Part shown: piece after piece, positions 1-9,017 of the stretch
How positions within the stretch are numbered: position 1 is the first letter of the stretch
Layout: each line of letters opens with the position of its first letter
DNA from: Rhodococcus sp. (in: high G+C Gram-positive bacteria)
GTDB lineage: Bacteria > Actinomycetota > Actinomycetes > Mycobacteriales > Mycobacteriaceae
DNA: 64,000 nt
Direction: 5' to 3'
NCBI GenBank assembly: GCA_023264675.1
Contig: JAHFVG010000019.1
Coordinates: 6,097-70,096 of the forward strand
Program-made: the position numbers and the translations under genes
Notes under the pieces: generated by a model
Seen by the model: only the letters and a program-made list of their open reading frames with translations
What the model was told of the DNA's origin: nothing
Database searches by the model: none

Positions 1-342
1 GGTGATCGCCGTGTGACCGTATTTGCGCACGTGCAGGCATTTCGCCGACAGACCACGGTCGCACCGTTCACACCGGCCGCAGGACGTACCGATCGTCCAC
101 ACCACCCGATCCCCAACGGCTACCGACGCACTCGGGCCTGCGGCGACGACACGCCCGACACTCTCGTGGCCGAGGACGGTAGGCACCGGCGTCGAACGGC
201 GTCCGGATACGGTGTGCAGATCGCTGCCGCACACCGTCGAGAGTTCGACGTCCACCAGCACTTCGCCGTGTTGCAGATCTGGTAGCGGAACTTCCCGAAC
301 GAAGAATTCGGTACCCGACCAGATCGCGGCTTCAGCCCTCAT
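1..342 (-). CDS. Zn-dependent alcohol dehydrogenase, phosphonate-catabolism-associated (TIGR03366/HpnZ-like); 5' part only, runs off the window
   Basis: Manual translation from ATG at 342 gives MRAEAAIWSGTEFFVREVPLPDLQHGEVLVDVELSTVCGSDLHT...LGHESVG...CGRCERCDRGLSAKC. It has the catalytic Zn CGSD/GHE motifs and the 4-Cys structural Zn motif. ATGA overlap with the phnE stop. Not in the ORF track because there is no stop in the window. Confidence 0.9.
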   Translation of the reverse strand, partial: MRAEAAIWSGTEFFVREVPLPDLQHGEVLVDVELSTVCGSDLHTVSGRRSTPVPTVLGHESVGRVVAAGPSASVAVGDRVVWTIGTSCGRCERCDRGLSAKCLHVRKYGHTAIT

Positions 343-1160
343 GCGCCCAGTCGCTTGCGGACTGCGCCGCTGAGCAGATCGACCGCCACGACGAGGACCA
401 GAACCATGAGAATGTAGGTCATCATTTCGTCGAACCGGAACAGTGAGATCGACTGATTGATCAGGAATCCGATGCCGCCCGCACCGACGAGACCGAGGAC
501 GAGCGAGGATCGCACGTTCACGTCGAGGCGGTAGAGCAGCAGACCGACGAATTGTGGAACGACCGTCGGCAGGACCACATGCGCGGCGACCTGAGTGCTG
601 GAGGCACCGGCGACTCGTAGCGCGTCGATCGGGCCCTGATCGATTTCTTCCATGGATTCGGACCACAGTTTCGCCATCACTCCGGTGTTGTGCAGGATGA
701 TCGCGAGAACACCAGCGAACGGTCCGAGCCCGACGGCGGTGACGAAAATGAGCGCGAAGACGATATCGGGTACCGCGCGTAGGAACGACATGATGCCGCG
801 AGAAGCCTGATATACGAACGCGTTTCGGTTGGTGGTTCGTGCGCCGAGGACGGCTAACAGAATCGAGAACGGTATCGAGAACGTCGTGCCGACGAGTCCG
901 ATCGCCAAGGTGACCAGACAGGCCTCGATGCCGGGTAGAACGACTGTCGTCCACGAGAAGTCGGGCGGGAAAGCAGATTCCAGGAACTTGACGATTCCCT
1001 CCCACCCGTTGACGAGGGCGGTGACGGACACGTCGGTCTCTTCGACCGCCCAGACGTGCACGGCGACGAGTCCCAGTATCAGCGCTGCGCCGCCGAGCAG
1101 GGTCATGCGTCGGCGCGGTCGTGGTGGTACCGCAAGGCGTCGAATCGTGAGAGTGGTCAT
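339..1160 (-). CDS. phnE: Phosphonate ABC transporter permease PhnE
   Basis: Multiple TM helices, EAA-like loop (SESMEEIDQGPIDALRVAGAS), RLDVNVRSSLVLGLVGAGGIG. Start moved to ATG 1160 (MTTLTIRR), which overlaps the phnC stop. Confidence 0.92.
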   Translation of the reverse strand: MTTLTIRRLAVPPRPRRRMTLLGGAALILGLVAVHVWAVEETDVSVTALVNGWEGIVKFLESAFPPDFSWTTVVLPGIEACLVTLAIGLVGTTFSIPFSILLAVLGARTTNRNAFVYQASRGIMSFLRAVPDIVFALIFVTAVGLGPFAGVLAIILHNTGVMAKLWSESMEEIDQGPIDALRVAGASSTQVAAHVVLPTVVPQFVGLLLYRLDVNVRSSLVLGLVGAGGIGFLINQSISLFRFDEMMTYILMVLVLVVAVDLLSGAVRKRLGA

Positions 1161-1957
1161 CGGCTTTCCTTCTCGGAAGGTTCGTACAGTGCGGCCACGG
1201 TGTCGTCGTCGAGGTCGTAGGCAGCGCAGGAGAACGAGATTCGTCCCGCATCGAGGCCGACGATCCGGTGGCAGTGGCGTCGAGCGAGATCGGGTTGGTG
1301 CAGTACTGCGGCGACCGCGATTCCGTCGGCTGCCAGTGATTGCAGCAGGCGCATCACTTGCTCGGCCGAGGCCGGGTCCAACGCGGACACAGGTTCGTCG
1401 GCGAGCAGAACCGGCGCACGCTGGCACAGTGCACGGGCGATGGCGACGCGCTGCTGCTGACCGCCGGACAGTCGGTCGGCGCGGTCGTGGGCGCGATCGG
1501 CGAGTCCGACACGGTCGAGGCAACCCATGGCTTCCTCACGCAGTTCGCGCCCGAACGCGAGTGTTGACCAGGATCGCCGGAGGGACAATCTGCCCAGGGC
1601 TCCCGCGCAGACGTTGTCGAGAACCGATCGACGACCGACCAGATGGATCTGCTGGAACACCATCGCGGCGTTGTGCGCCGTGGACCGGCCGAGGGTCGAT
1701 TCTCCCGCAACCTCGATGGTTCCGCCGTCCACGGATGTCAGACCCACGACGCAGCGAAGCATCGTCGACTTGCCGGATCCGTTGGCGCCGAGAATGCCGA
1801 CGAGTTCTCCCGCGTGTACGTCGAGATCGACCCCGTGCAGGACAGTTCGGTCACCGAAGGAGGTGCGCAACTGACGGATCGACAGGGCCGGCAGATCACC
1901 GTGCACTTCGGACCGAGGTACTACTTCGGTCGGTTCGGAAACGACCTCGGTGGTCAT
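1157..1957 (-). CDS. phnC: Phosphonate ABC transporter ATP-binding protein PhnC
   Basis: Walker A GANGSGKS, signature LSGGQQQRVAIARAL, Walker B LLADEP, VLHQ. Start at ATG 1957 overlaps the phnD stop. Confidence 0.92.
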   Translation of the reverse strand: MTTEVVSEPTEVVPRSEVHGDLPALSIRQLRTSFGDRTVLHGVDLDVHAGELVGILGANGSGKSTMLRCVVGLTSVDGGTIEVAGESTLGRSTAHNAAMVFQQIHLVGRRSVLDNVCAGALGRLSLRRSWSTLAFGRELREEAMGCLDRVGLADRAHDRADRLSGGQQQRVAIARALCQRAPVLLADEPVSALDPASAEQVMRLLQSLAADGIAVAAVLHQPDLARRHCHRIVGLDAGRISFSCAAYDLDDDTVAALYEPSEKESR

Positions 1958-2862
1958 CCCGCGTCCTTCGAGGTGAGGCCGAGTGTGTCGGCCAGGTCGA
2001 ACAAGGGTTGGTAGGTGCTCTTGTCGACCGGGAGGAGTTGTCCGGCAGGATCGACGTCGAGCAGAGCGCCTGCCTCGGCGACAGCCTCGGGGGAAAGATT
2101 CACGAGTGCGTCGGCTACGGCTTTCTGGAACTCTTCGCTGGTGCCGCCGGCCACGGTGATGGGGTCGTTGGGGATGGGATTCGAAGTCCACACCTGACGG
2201 AACTGCGACTGATCGAACTGCCCCTCGCCGGTGGAGGTCGCCACTTGCTGCGAGTTGATCTCGGCAGCATCGACTTTGCCGTTGGTCAGGGCCAGGAGTG
2301 CTTCGGGATGGCCGCCGGCGTAGGTGATCTTCACGTCGGAGTCCTGCATGTTGCTGTCACGCAGAGCCATTCGTGGCAACGCATCTCCGGAGGTCGAACC
2401 GGGCTCCGAGAGTGCGAGGGTGCGGCCGCGGAGGTCCTCGATCGACTCGATGTCGGAGTCCTTGGGTACCCAGACTCCCGCGGTGTAGCTGGACAACGTT
2501 CCCTCGGCGGTCCCGAACGACGCGAGGGCGCGCGCATCAGCCTCCTGGCTGGCGAAGACATAACCGAGGGGCCCGAAAACGCCCAGCTCGAGCTGGCCGT
2601 TGCGCATGGCCAGAACCTCGGCTGCATAGTTGTCGACGACGGTCACCTCGACCGGGCAGTTCAGCTTCTCGGACAGTGCATCGCCGACAACCTGGAACGC
2701 GGGCGTGAGTTTGGCGGGGTCCTCGAAAGGCTCGACGCCGAACCTGATCTGGCCACCGGGGCAGGTGGGAGATTCGGCGGCTGTGTCGGAATTGCTACCG
2801 CACGAGGTCAAGGCGAGGGTGAGGGCGGCGAGCGCTACGGCCGCGTGACGGGACTTGATCAT
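1954..2862 (-). CDS. phnD: Phosphonate ABC transporter substrate-binding lipoprotein PhnD
   Basis: Lipobox LTSC, PhnD-like STSG motif, GGHPEALLAL, position in the phnCE operon. Confidence 0.9.
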   Translation of the reverse strand: MIKSRHAAVALAALTLALTSCGSNSDTAAESPTCPGGQIRFGVEPFEDPAKLTPAFQVVGDALSEKLNCPVEVTVVDNYAAEVLAMRNGQLELGVFGPLGYVFASQEADARALASFGTAEGTLSSYTAGVWVPKDSDIESIEDLRGRTLALSEPGSTSGDALPRMALRDSNMQDSDVKITYAGGHPEALLALTNGKVDAAEINSQQVATSTGEGQFDQSQFRQVWTSNPIPNDPITVAGGTSEEFQKAVADALVNLSPEAVAEAGALLDVDPAGQLLPVDKSTYQPLFDLADTLGLTSKDAG

Positions 2863-2886
2863 GGAGGTCTCCTGGTGGGGTGAGGG

Positions 2887-4002
2887 TCAGAACGAGTCGA
2901 GAACGGAGGTGGAAAGGCCGAAGGCGGTTGTCATGCCGATGCCGGAGGTGACCGACACCACCCTGACGCGTGTTGATGGTGCGGCAGTGAGGAAGTCGGT
3001 GTGCGGACTGGTGGCATATACCCCGCGCCACCGACGCAGGACGGTCAATGGAGTACCGAACAACCGTGCACCTTCGCGCAGGAGGAGTTCGGCATTGGAT
3101 TCGTCGTCGAAGGGAGTATGGGTGCGTGCGTTGTGGTGAGTGTCGCCGAGGACCACCGCACCGTCGGGGCGTTGTGTGAGCATGAGATTCATTGCAACGT
3201 CGATCAATTCGGGAGTGTCGGCTTCGATTCGACTACGCACAGCCTGCGCCGAGGGCATGGCGGCGAGTCCGTCGTAGCGAAGCATCGACAGTCCGGTCAG
3301 GATCGCCGAGTCCAGGACGATTCCTCCGGGTGGTGCGACTTCGAGCATCTGCAGGCGGCATCGCTCGACGCTCCACTCCGCCGCGATATTCGGAAACAGT
3401 CGGTCGACATCGTGACCGACAGCGTGGACGACGTGAGCTCCGCGCACCGCTCCTCGTGACGTGCGGACGACGGGGTCCTCGTCTCCGAGAATCTCGATCA
3501 CCGATGTATCCCAGAAGAATTGGACTCCCTCAGCGGCAAGCCATGCGGCGAGAGCAGGTGCCGCTTCGCGAGGATCGACCCGAAGATCCATCGGTAGGTG
3601 CGCGGCGCCCAGTACGTCGGCGCCGCCGATGGGGCTCGATGCTCGCATCCGAACCTGCTCGGATCCGCGCTCGGCGGCGAATTCCTCGAGCACGGCCACT
3701 TCGTCGGCAGCACGGGCGACGACGAGCGTGCCGCACTCTCGTACGTCGAACCCTGCCTTTCTGCCGAGAGCCAGCCAACGCTCACGGGCGGCCAAAGCAT
3801 AGGTCAGTGCTCGGCCTGACTGCGCCGTCGTGCAGATGTGTCCGAAGTTCCGGATCGAGGCGCCGACGGCGCGATCGTTTCGTTCGATGACGGCGACGGA
3901 CATGCCGCGCTGCACCGCCTCGGCGGCATGCGCGAGTCCGACGATGCCTGCGCCGACGACGACGAGGTCGAACGAGTGCTTGGGGGAGTGGTCGGTCTTC
4001 AC
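2887..4002 (-). CDS. FAD-dependent oxidoreductase, DAO family (TIGR03364/HpnW-like, putative aminophosphonate oxidase)
   Basis: GAGIVGLAHA dinucleotide-binding motif, GASIRNFG, VTSGIGMT. Syntenic with phnCDE and a PhnX-like HAD. Start is uncertain (GTG 4002 or the ORF-track start 4038). Confidence 0.85.
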   Translation of the reverse strand: MKTDHSPKHSFDLVVVGAGIVGLAHAAEAVQRGMSVAVIERNDRAVGASIRNFGHICTTAQSGRALTYALAARERWLALGRKAGFDVRECGTLVVARAADEVAVLEEFAAERGSEQVRMRASSPIGGADVLGAAHLPMDLRVDPREAAPALAAWLAAEGVQFFWDTSVIEILGDEDPVVRTSRGAVRGAHVVHAVGHDVDRLFPNIAAEWSVERCRLQMLEVAPPGGIVLDSAILTGLSMLRYDGLAAMPSAQAVRSRIEADTPELIDVAMNLMLTQRPDGAVVLGDTHHNARTHTPFDDESNAELLLREGARLFGTPLTVLRRWRGVYATSPHTDFLTAAPSTRVRVVSVTSGIGMTTAFGLSTSVLDSF

Positions 4003-4050
4003 GAGGACAACAGTCCACTTCCCGGGACGGAGGGTCAATGGAAAACTGAC

Positions 4051-4066
4051 ACTTGTTCGAACAAGT
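4051..4066. promoter_or_regulatory. Perfect 16-bp palindrome ACTTGTTCGAACAAGT, candidate operator of the adjacent GntR/HutC-family regulator
   Basis: Perfect palindrome in the divergent intergenic region; resembles HutC-subfamily TTGT-N4-ACAA operators. Confidence 0.65.
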
Positions 4067-4086
4067 TCACCGACCGTTCATGCAGC
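4065..4086 (+). promoter_or_regulatory. PHO-box-like 11-nt direct repeats GTTCACCGACC/GTTCATGCAGC
   Basis: Two GTTCA units exactly 11 nt apart, matching the actinobacterial PhoP GTTCA direct-repeat pattern, upstream of a phosphonate uptake operon. Confidence 0.55.
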
Positions 4087-4169
4087 ACGAGCTGGATTGT
4101 TTGCTTCGGTTACGACATGATTGGTCTTGTTCGGTTGGAGTTGTTCAGTCAGGTTGGAGGCTATCCGCG

Positions 4170-4913
4170 GTGTCACTTCCGCTGCATTCCCGCGTTGCCG
4201 ATAGTTTGCGTGCGCAGATCGCCGACGGCACCCTGGCAGTCGGTGCTCCGCTGCCCTCGGAAGCGACTCTGTGTGCGACGCATCATGCGTCGCGCGGCAC
4301 GGTTCGGGCCGCGTTGGCTGCGTTGCGTAACGAGGGATTGATTGCGGGCGGACGTGGTCGCCCGCCCGTCGTGTGCGACACCGCGGTCGGGCAGCCGTTC
4401 GAGACCTTCATGTCGTTCACCGCTTGGGCGGATTCCATCGGTCGAACGCCAGGGCAGCGCACGTTGGAGGTTGCTCGACGCTCGGCCACGTCGGTGGCTG
4501 CGGCGGCGCTCGATCTCGAGCCGGGCACCGCCGTCGTGGATGTGTTGAGGTTGCGTACGCTCGACGGCGCACCGGCGATGCTGGAGAGATCGAGTTTCGT
4601 CGAATCGGTCGGCCGGAAGCTGTTCGATTTCGATCCCGACTCGGGCTCGATCTACGCCTACCTGACCGGTGAGGGCGTCGATCTGCACGAAGGCAGGCAC
4701 ACCATCGATGCGGTTGCGGCCACCGACATCGACGCGGCACACCTCGACATAGATCCCGGGGCGCCGCTTCTGCGCGAAAGACGCAGAGCTGTAGACCTTT
4801 CCGGTACACCACTCGAATACGCGGACGATCGGTACCGGCCCGATCGAATCGCTTTCACCATCGACAACACACGAACCGCGCACGATTTGCGCATCGTCAA
4901 GGAGATCTCGTGA
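4170..4913 (+). CDS. GntR/HutC-family transcriptional regulator with UTRA domain (PhnF-like)
   Basis: wHTH (LPSEATLCATHHASRGTVRAAL) and UTRA (YRPDRIAF). GTG 4170 is preceded by GGAGG at 4156-4160. Confidence 0.88.
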   Translation: MSLPLHSRVADSLRAQIADGTLAVGAPLPSEATLCATHHASRGTVRAALAALRNEGLIAGGRGRPPVVCDTAVGQPFETFMSFTAWADSIGRTPGQRTLEVARRSATSVAAAALDLEPGTAVVDVLRLRTLDGAPAMLERSSFVESVGRKLFDFDPDSGSIYAYLTGEGVDLHEGRHTIDAVAATDIDAAHLDIDPGAPLLRERRRAVDLSGTPLEYADDRYRPDRIAFTIDNTRTAHDLRIVKEIS

Positions 4914-5605
4914 CACCGACACGCTCGTTCGACCTTGCCAGCCTCGACATGGCGGGCACCACCGTGGATGAGGGGGGCCTCGTGTACGAGGTGCTCTCGA
5001 GCACCGTCGTCGAGGCTGCCGGAACCCCGCTGCCCCCCGAACTCCTCGCTACGTGGAAGGGCACCAGCAAGCTCGAGGCAATAGCCGGCCTGCTCGATGG
5101 CTTGGGTGTTCCGGCCGACTCGATCTCGGTGGATGCCGTGTTCGAAACGTTCCGGGCGAACCTCATCGACGCATATCGGCAGACGCCGCCGAAACCGGTT
5201 GCCGGGGTTCCCGAAGCGCTGCGTTCATTGCGGGATCGGGGTGTGAAAGTCGCGTTGCAGACCGGCTATTCGGCAGATATTGCCGACGCGATTCTGGCGG
5301 GAATGGGCTGGACCGTCGGTACCGGTAAAGGCAACACTGTCGACGCATTGATCACGTCGGATCTGGTTCCGGCAAGCAGGCCTGCGCCCTATCTGATCTT
5401 TCGCAGCATGGAGGCCACCGGAGTGACGGATGTCCGACGAGTCCTCGTTGCGGGTGATACGCCGAACGACGTTCTTGCCGGTTGGAACGCGGGTGCTGGT
5501 TTCGTCGTTGGTGTTCTCAGCGGATCGTTCGACGAGGATGCACTGCAGCAAACACCCGCTACTCACGTTCTGGGAAGCCTGGCGACCGTCGGCACCCTGC
5601 TGTAG
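4910..5605 (+). CDS. Phosphonatase-like HAD hydrolase (TIGR03351/PhnX-like)
   Basis: Motif I DMAGT, cap WKGTSK, SRPAPYLI, AGDTPND. GTGA overlap with the regulator. Confidence 0.87.
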   Translation: MTPTRSFDLASLDMAGTTVDEGGLVYEVLSSTVVEAAGTPLPPELLATWKGTSKLEAIAGLLDGLGVPADSISVDAVFETFRANLIDAYRQTPPKPVAGVPEALRSLRDRGVKVALQTGYSADIADAILAGMGWTVGTGKGNTVDALITSDLVPASRPAPYLIFRSMEATGVTDVRRVLVAGDTPNDVLAGWNAGAGFVVGVLSGSFDEDALQQTPATHVLGSLATVGTLL

Positions 5606-5860
5606 CGGTCTGAAACGTCAACCATGAACGTCTGAGAAATGGTCGCCGCGCCCCAGATGCGCGTCACTGCTTCCGACAACCGCGCTCAGCGATCCTGGCG
5701 TAGTGTGATGTTCGCTGCACAGCGCCCAGTGGCGGAAACTTCGTCGACCTGGCCCGACATGGTGAAACGCTGAGACCTTGAACGATCGCGACTGAATGCG
5801 AGTCAAGAAACTTCCGAATGCTTACTTGTCAATCGTTCTGCAAGCGATCATTGTTGCGCG

Positions 5861-6079
5861 ATGACCTCTGCACACTCGCCCGTCGTCGACGAGGAGCGTC
5901 GCGCACTGAACGATGTTCGCGACCGGCTTCGTCTCCAGTTTTCGACCGTTGCTCCCGATGAAGTGGACACGGCTGTAGCTCACGCACACCGAAAGTTCGA
6001 CGGGGGCAAGATCCGCGATTTCGTACCGCTGTTCGTTGAAAGAGCAGCGCGCGAACACCTTGCAGGCGTGCCTCGCTGA
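5861..6079 (+). CDS. Small three-helix-bundle dimerization domain protein (DUF3562-like)
   Basis: 72 aa; the C-terminal KIRDFVPLFVERAARE pattern is typical of this actinobacterial family. Confidence 0.7.
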   Translation: MTSAHSPVVDEERRALNDVRDRLRLQFSTVAPDEVDTAVAHAHRKFDGGKIRDFVPLFVERAAREHLAGVPR

Positions 6080-6489
6080 CGCCGTCGTCGGACGGCCCGT
6101 AGGCGCTTGCCCGAATCGTCAGGGACTTGGTCGTGACCAAGCAACACGAGCAGTCCGGTCACGCGACATATCGTTCATCTGAATTGATCGGCAGCCTCTG
6201 GATGCATGTCGTTTTCAATGCACGCAAGGTAACAACGTCTGTCGTCGACAGGCCTCCAGAAGCATGCGCGATGCCGGTGATTCGTTCGAGTGCGTCAGCG
6301 GTGTGGTGAGACTGTTGACCGGCGCCACGGCATTGCCATGCTTCAACCGCAATGGGAACGACAGGCGGTAAGTCGGCAGTGGTAATGCGCCTACCGGCCT
6401 TGCGCACGCTCTTGCGAGGATCGGCCGCGCGGATGCCGCAATTTACCCTTGTCCTGGCCAGTATCCATTACCCAGCCACAGACCGGTAT

Positions 6490-6504
6490 ATCGGTTATTT
6501 CGAT
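6490..6504. promoter_or_regulatory. LysR-type recognition site ATC-N9-GAT (T-N11-A)
   Basis: ATCGGTTATTTCGAT is an interrupted palindrome just upstream of a TTGACG hexamer (6515-6520), ahead of the dctA-lysR-phnA operon. Confidence 0.5.
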
Positions 6505-6639
6505 GGGCAGGATTTTGACGTGGGTCAGTTTGGTTGCGGAGTTCACCTTCTCGTCATGACGCGTTAGCAGACACGCTCGGTCTTCTTCGGACGATGTTGT
6601 TGCACGGCGATACTGGATCGCTCTCGTGAAGGACGACTC

Positions 6640-8067
6640 ATGACCCACATCTCCACCGCACCACGCGACCGCATCGTCCCGTCGCGACGAACTCCATGGT
6701 TTCGTCACCTGTATGTCTGGGTGTTGATCGCGATGGTTCTCGGCTCATCGGTCGGTCTGCTGTGGCCGGGCGTCGGAACAGCTCTGAAACCGCTCGGCGA
6801 CGCATTTGTCAGTCTCCTGACCATGACTCTGGCGCCCCTTGTGCTGTGCATGGTTGTCGCCGGGATCGGTGCAGTGGCCAATCTCGGCTCGGTCGGCAAG
6901 GTAGCTTTGCGTTCGATCATCTATTTCGAGGCCGTGACGACGATCGCGCTTGCGCTCGGCCTACTGGCCGTCAATGTCGTACGGCCCGGCGACGGTCTGC
7001 ACGTGGACGCGGACTCACTCGAAATGACCGAAAATGTGGCCGCCGGGGTGGCCGCCGGCCAGGATCTGGAATGGTACGACTACTTTCTGCAGATCATCCC
7101 ATCGAACATCGTGGGTAGCTTGGCCGACGGCGCCATCTTGCCGATCCTGTTCTTCGCCATCCTGCTGGGAATCAGCCTGCAGATGATGGGGGAACGTGGC
7201 CGCGTTGTAGCTCGCGGCGTCGAACGTCTGGGAGAGGCTCTGTTTCAGGTAGTCCGAATCGTCGTCTGGGCCGCTCCGATAGGAGTCTTCGGTGCTATGT
7301 CCTACACCGTCGGGAACTTCGGGTCGGCGTCGCTGGGAGCGCTCGTCCAACTGATCGCAACGTTCTACGCCACGTCGCTGATGTTCATCGTGTTCGTTCT
7401 GGGAGGCGTTCTGCTGGTCATCGGATTGAGGCCGTGGCGCGTGCTCCTCTACCTGAAAGATGAAGTGCTGCTCGCACTGGGCGCCTCGTCGTCCGAAGTC
7501 GCACTGCCCGGCATCGTACGGAAGCTGGAGAGTGTCGGAGTCTCCAAGGAGACAGCAGGTATCAGTGTCACAGCGGGATACTCGTTCAATCTGGACGGAA
7601 CCTGCATTTACCTCACTCTGACAACGGGGTTCATAGCCCAGGCGCTCGGGATCGATATGTCCCTCGGTCAGCAGATTGTCTTGCTGCTGGTCATGCTGCT
7701 CGCATCCAAGGGCACCGCGGGCGTTACCGGGGGTGGCTTCGTCATGCTGACCACCAGCGTCTCCTCTCTCGGCCTGATCCCTGTATCGGGCGTTATGCTC
7801 GTGTTCGGTATCGATCGCTTCATGTCGGAATGTCGCGCGGTCGTCAATTCGCTGGGCAACGCTGTTGCCGGGCTCGTGGTGGCCCGCTGGCAAGGTGAGA
7901 TCGATCCCGGTCAGGTGCATTCCATCATGGCCGGACATTCGCCCGCATTCGACTCCGGCAGAGCCGAACTGGAGTCCGTCGAACAGCGCGACGAACAGTT
8001 CTTTCCCGACCCGGCCGAACGACCTACACCCGCGTCGGCGAGACACACGTCGGCAGCAACGCTGTGA
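6640..8067 (+). CDS. dctA: Dicarboxylate/amino acid:cation symporter (DctA family)
   Basis: ASSSEVALP, GYSFNLDGT, SKGTAGVTGGGF and DRFMSECRA motifs of the DAACS family. Confidence 0.88.
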   Translation: MTHISTAPRDRIVPSRRTPWFRHLYVWVLIAMVLGSSVGLLWPGVGTALKPLGDAFVSLLTMTLAPLVLCMVVAGIGAVANLGSVGKVALRSIIYFEAVTTIALALGLLAVNVVRPGDGLHVDADSLEMTENVAAGVAAGQDLEWYDYFLQIIPSNIVGSLADGAILPILFFAILLGISLQMMGERGRVVARGVERLGEALFQVVRIVVWAAPIGVFGAMSYTVGNFGSASLGALVQLIATFYATSLMFIVFVLGGVLLVIGLRPWRVLLYLKDEVLLALGASSSEVALPGIVRKLESVGVSKETAGISVTAGYSFNLDGTCIYLTLTTGFIAQALGIDMSLGQQIVLLLVMLLASKGTAGVTGGGFVMLTTSVSSLGLIPVSGVMLVFGIDRFMSECRAVVNSLGNAVAGLVVARWQGEIDPGQVHSIMAGHSPAFDSGRAELESVEQRDEQFFPDPAERPTPASARHTSAATL

Positions 8068-8972
8068 CGCTGCCCAGTCTTCATCGATTACGGGTCTTCG
8101 TCGCAATCGTCGATGCCGGGAGTGTGTCGTCCGGAGCCCGCCATCTCGGCATCGGTCAGTCCACTGCGTCGACTCACCTTCGCCAACTGGAGGTCGAGGT
8201 CGGAACTTCGTTGATCGACAGAACCCGTGGGCATTTCGGCCCTACCGAGGCAGGCATGATCTTGGTCGGGCACGCTCGCCGCCTGATGAATATTGCCGAC
8301 GAAGCTGTCGACGACTTGGCGCGAATCAGTCTGCGCCCGCTTACCGGATCGCTTGCCGTAGGTGCCACGACGACGACAACGGAGGGTTGCTTCCTGCCGA
8401 TCGCGTTGCAACGCTTCGCTTCCCAGTACCCCGACGTGGCTTTGAATCTGCAGGTGGACAACTCGTCGACGTTGCTGCGTCGAGTGCGCGACGGGGACGT
8501 CGGTGTCGCGGTCATCGCCACGGAAATCGACGATCCCGCCCTCACGACGATAGCTTTGTCACCCGAAGACCAGACCGTCATAGTGTCCAGCGAGCATCCG
8601 CTGGCAGGCTCGTCTGTCGACCCACACCTTCTCCGTAGTTCCGTGGTGCTGTTGCGCGAAGAGGGCTCGGCTACGAGGCAATATCAGGAATCATTGCTGT
8701 CGCAGTGGAGGATTCCCGGTGCGCATACGTGGACCCTGACCAGCACCAGCGCCATCGTCGCTGCGACCGCAGCAGGTTTGGGAATCTCCTGTCTGCCAGT
8801 GGTGGTCTGCCGAGATGCGCTGGCCCTGGGCAAGATTGCCGAAATACACCTCGAGCCGGCACCGCCGCCGCGGCCGGTGTCTCTCGTTCGGCGCAGCGAC
8901 CATCACCTCACCCGAGCAGAAGAGCATTTCGTGGTGCTGGTCCAGGACGCCCTCGACTCTCTCACCCGATAA
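8064..8972 (+). CDS. LysR-family transcriptional regulator
   Basis: N-terminal HTH (GSVSSGARHLGIGQSTASTHLRQLE) and LysR substrate domain (LLREEGSATR). GTGA overlap with the dctA stop. Confidence 0.92.
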   Translation: MTLPSLHRLRVFVAIVDAGSVSSGARHLGIGQSTASTHLRQLEVEVGTSLIDRTRGHFGPTEAGMILVGHARRLMNIADEAVDDLARISLRPLTGSLAVGATTTTTEGCFLPIALQRFASQYPDVALNLQVDNSSTLLRRVRDGDVGVAVIATEIDDPALTTIALSPEDQTVIVSSEHPLAGSSVDPHLLRSSVVLLREEGSATRQYQESLLSQWRIPGAHTWTLTSTSAIVAATAAGLGISCLPVVVCRDALALGKIAEIHLEPAPPPRPVSLVRRSDHHLTRAEEHFVVLVQDALDSLTR

Positions 8973-9017
8973 GCACTACGGTCCCACATCTTCTCGACAC
9001 GATCACGAAAGCAGGAA

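Noticed and set aside
5606-6489. Short ORFs flanking the DUF3562-like gene (5618-5806-, 6159-6407-, a 44-codon plus ORF at 5639-5773)
   Set aside because: No recognisable domain, RBS or homology; they could be decayed remnants, but I cannot support a call.
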